Source: Ramazzottius varieornatus
Taxonomy: Eukaryota > Animalia > Tardigrada
Reading direction: 5' to 3'
DNA: 64,000 nucleotides
NCBI GenBank assembly: GCA_001949185.1
Contig: BDGG01000003.1
Location: 2,521,950-2,585,949 of the forward strand
The notes under the pieces were generated by a model. It was not told the origin of the DNA. It saw nothing but the letters and a program-made list of their open reading frames with translations, and searched no databases. Below are positions 62,401-64,000 of the stretch, piece by piece (positions within the stretch are counted from its first letter, which is position 1; each line of letters begins with the position of its first letter). The translations under genes and the position numbers were made by a program.

Positions 62401-63555
62401 GTCAGCACACATACGTAAAACCCTGAAGATCAACTTGATCCACCTGGACGTGAATTTTAAGTCCACTGGTTCAATTTCGTGCCATTTCAATTTCCATATG
62501 GATCACGAGGCTGGATCTAGAGCGTAATTATCCAGTTGAATAAAATAGAAGGAACGAAAGTCACTCATTTTTGTTTTATTTATTTGTTCAGGAAGGACAG
62601 GGTCGTGAGTGCTGTCAAGATGTACGAGTATGGTCGATCGCCACACGCGGAGAGCTCCCGAGCGAAACTTAATGTGCTTGTTCTTCCACTACTCCACATT
62701 TCAAGTTCGATTTGGGGTACAATGGAAGCGTGAATGGATGTAGAATTCAGAGACCGGAAGTGTCGAAAACCGAGGAGTGCAGCTAACAGACTTGAAGGGA
62801 CTACACATTGAAAGCTTCTGTAATCAAATAACGTACTTTGACGTCACTGCAGTACGTTATGTGTATTTTTACAAGACCAGACAGTTTCCTCAATCTTCAT
62901 GGATCATACTTGATCAACGATCGTACTTTCTTTCGGTCTCAAGAAGGGCAAATATAGACGGCTTCACATCAAGAAAGGCCCTTACTTCCGTGCCGGTTTC
63001 GACCCTAATACGTGCACTACGAAAATAACTGGAACCCAATCCCTCTTCTGTCAGTTTGTCTAGCAGTTGAACACTAAGAAATTTTACTACGCGAGTTACC
63101 TGAGGTAGACTGCAGAAGACCGACATGGTGCATGCGAACAACGACATGATCTTGACGACTTGTCGATGGCTGGTTCGCGACAGTCCACAAGAAGCTCTGA
63201 TGGCTATACAGCGGTCAATAGCGATGCTGACGATCGTGTAGGTACTGCAGTACAGCGCAAGCATCTGCATAAACTTGACGAATTTGCAGGCGCTGTTTCC
63301 GGCGAGCCACCAGTAAGTGTACTTCCAGGCTCCATCGGCGGCCAAACAAAAGAACCCAACCAGCAGATCCGAAATAGCTAGCTGAAGAATCAGGTGGTCG
63401 ATATTGCCGAAAGACCTTCCACGAATTCTCTTCCGGACCAAATTCAGAATGACGGCTGAATTCCCAACAATCGCCAGGAATGATAGAGAGAACAGAACGT
63501 GGATCTGAATCTTCCGGCTTGCCATTTCGACGGCGTCTTCCGAAGACGTGTTCAT
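56489..63555 (-). CDS. CrzR: Corazonin receptor-like class A GPCR (GnRH/AKH/Crz family); exons approx. 63100-63555, 62095-62308, 60542-60611, 59414-59531, 57155-57256, 56489-56763
   Basis: LILQLAISDLLVGFFC..AWKYTYWWLAGNSACKFVKFMQMLALYCSTY..IAIDRC; PF..HEQCVTYGAYTEEWQEPAY; KAKMKALCVSMLVIVTFLLCW/PYY; FFFG/MSNSVFNPLIYGAFH. These motifs resemble arthropod corazonin receptors more than AKH/ACP receptors. Confidence 0.85.
58605..58806. repeat. Degenerate inverted repeat (MITE relic) in a GPCR intron
   Basis: ctgcggagctatttagctcg (58621-58640) pairs with cgagctaaatagcttcgcag (58771-58790). Confidence 0.55.
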
Positions 63556-64000
63556 GGTGAGGGTGAGGGTCTCCCGCCGGCTTGGCTTAACTGAACGATA
63601 ATGTCGACATGGGCAAAAAGTAACTTTCTTCCGAGTTGAGAAGAGCGTCGAGATTACACTAATACTTCCGTGTATGCCGCAGGCCGGTTATAAATAAGAT
63701 TGGTTTGGCGGGAGCGATCTGCATGCGTAAGATGTACGACTGTATAGACTGACAAGTAATCCCACGCTTGGTTCGTTAGTATGAAAGATGGTGGGGACTG
63801 GGAGGAAAACAGGAGCAGAGCCTAAGGGTAACGACCCAATCCGCATTATAGAAGTGCAATAGTATGCGAGGACCTTGTGCTTTGCATGCAAGCATGCAAG
63901 AGGGTTCTCCCTTCTCTGACGTACAGCTTGTACACGCGCGAAGGGAAAGTTTGGAGCAGTAAAATGTTTGGATCAGGCGATCCGAAACAGCGGCACGGAA

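Noticed and set aside
17442-63555. Functional light/neuropeptide cluster (c-opsin, Quiver-like Ly6, corazonin receptor)
   Set aside because: The genes are 12-35 kb apart with unrelated genes between them; co-location is expected by chance in a compact genome.

Overview
Eukaryotic (animal) genomic window with compact genes, short GT-AG introns (mostly ~55-200 nt) and two assembly gaps. The gene content (ciliary opsin, corazonin-type receptor, Quiver-like Ly6 protein) indicates a protostome invertebrate. The compactness would fit a tardigrade, but that is inference only. Apparently intact host genes: Hrs/HGS (1005-3764), a signal-peptide-bearing MATH-domain gene, a DUF1499-like gene, CASD1, POLE4-like, a Ly6/Quiver-like gene, two uncharacterised coiled-coil/low-complexity genes, a secreted Gly/Tyr/Pro-rich protein and a corazonin-type GPCR (56.5-63.6 kb). 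4.1-12.3 kb is a nest of transposons: an RLE non-LTR fragment, then two near-identical inverted copies of a hAT-type MITE. These enclose a dead hAT transposase and a THAP-DUF6570-Rep Helitron-like remnant that is itself split by a TIR/TSD-intact pogo element. 12.6-27.8 kb is a run of genes that each carry lesions or substitutions at normally conserved sites: Rab-like, MTHFD1-type DC domain, c-opsin, and an inverted pair of secreted Cys/aromatic-rich paralogs with micro-exons and an apparent 4-nt intron slide. A DD34E Tc1 element and several MITEs with recognisable TSDs are also present. No rRNA, tRNA or CRISPR features were seen. All exon models and family assignments were made by eye and need RNA-seq and HMM confirmation.
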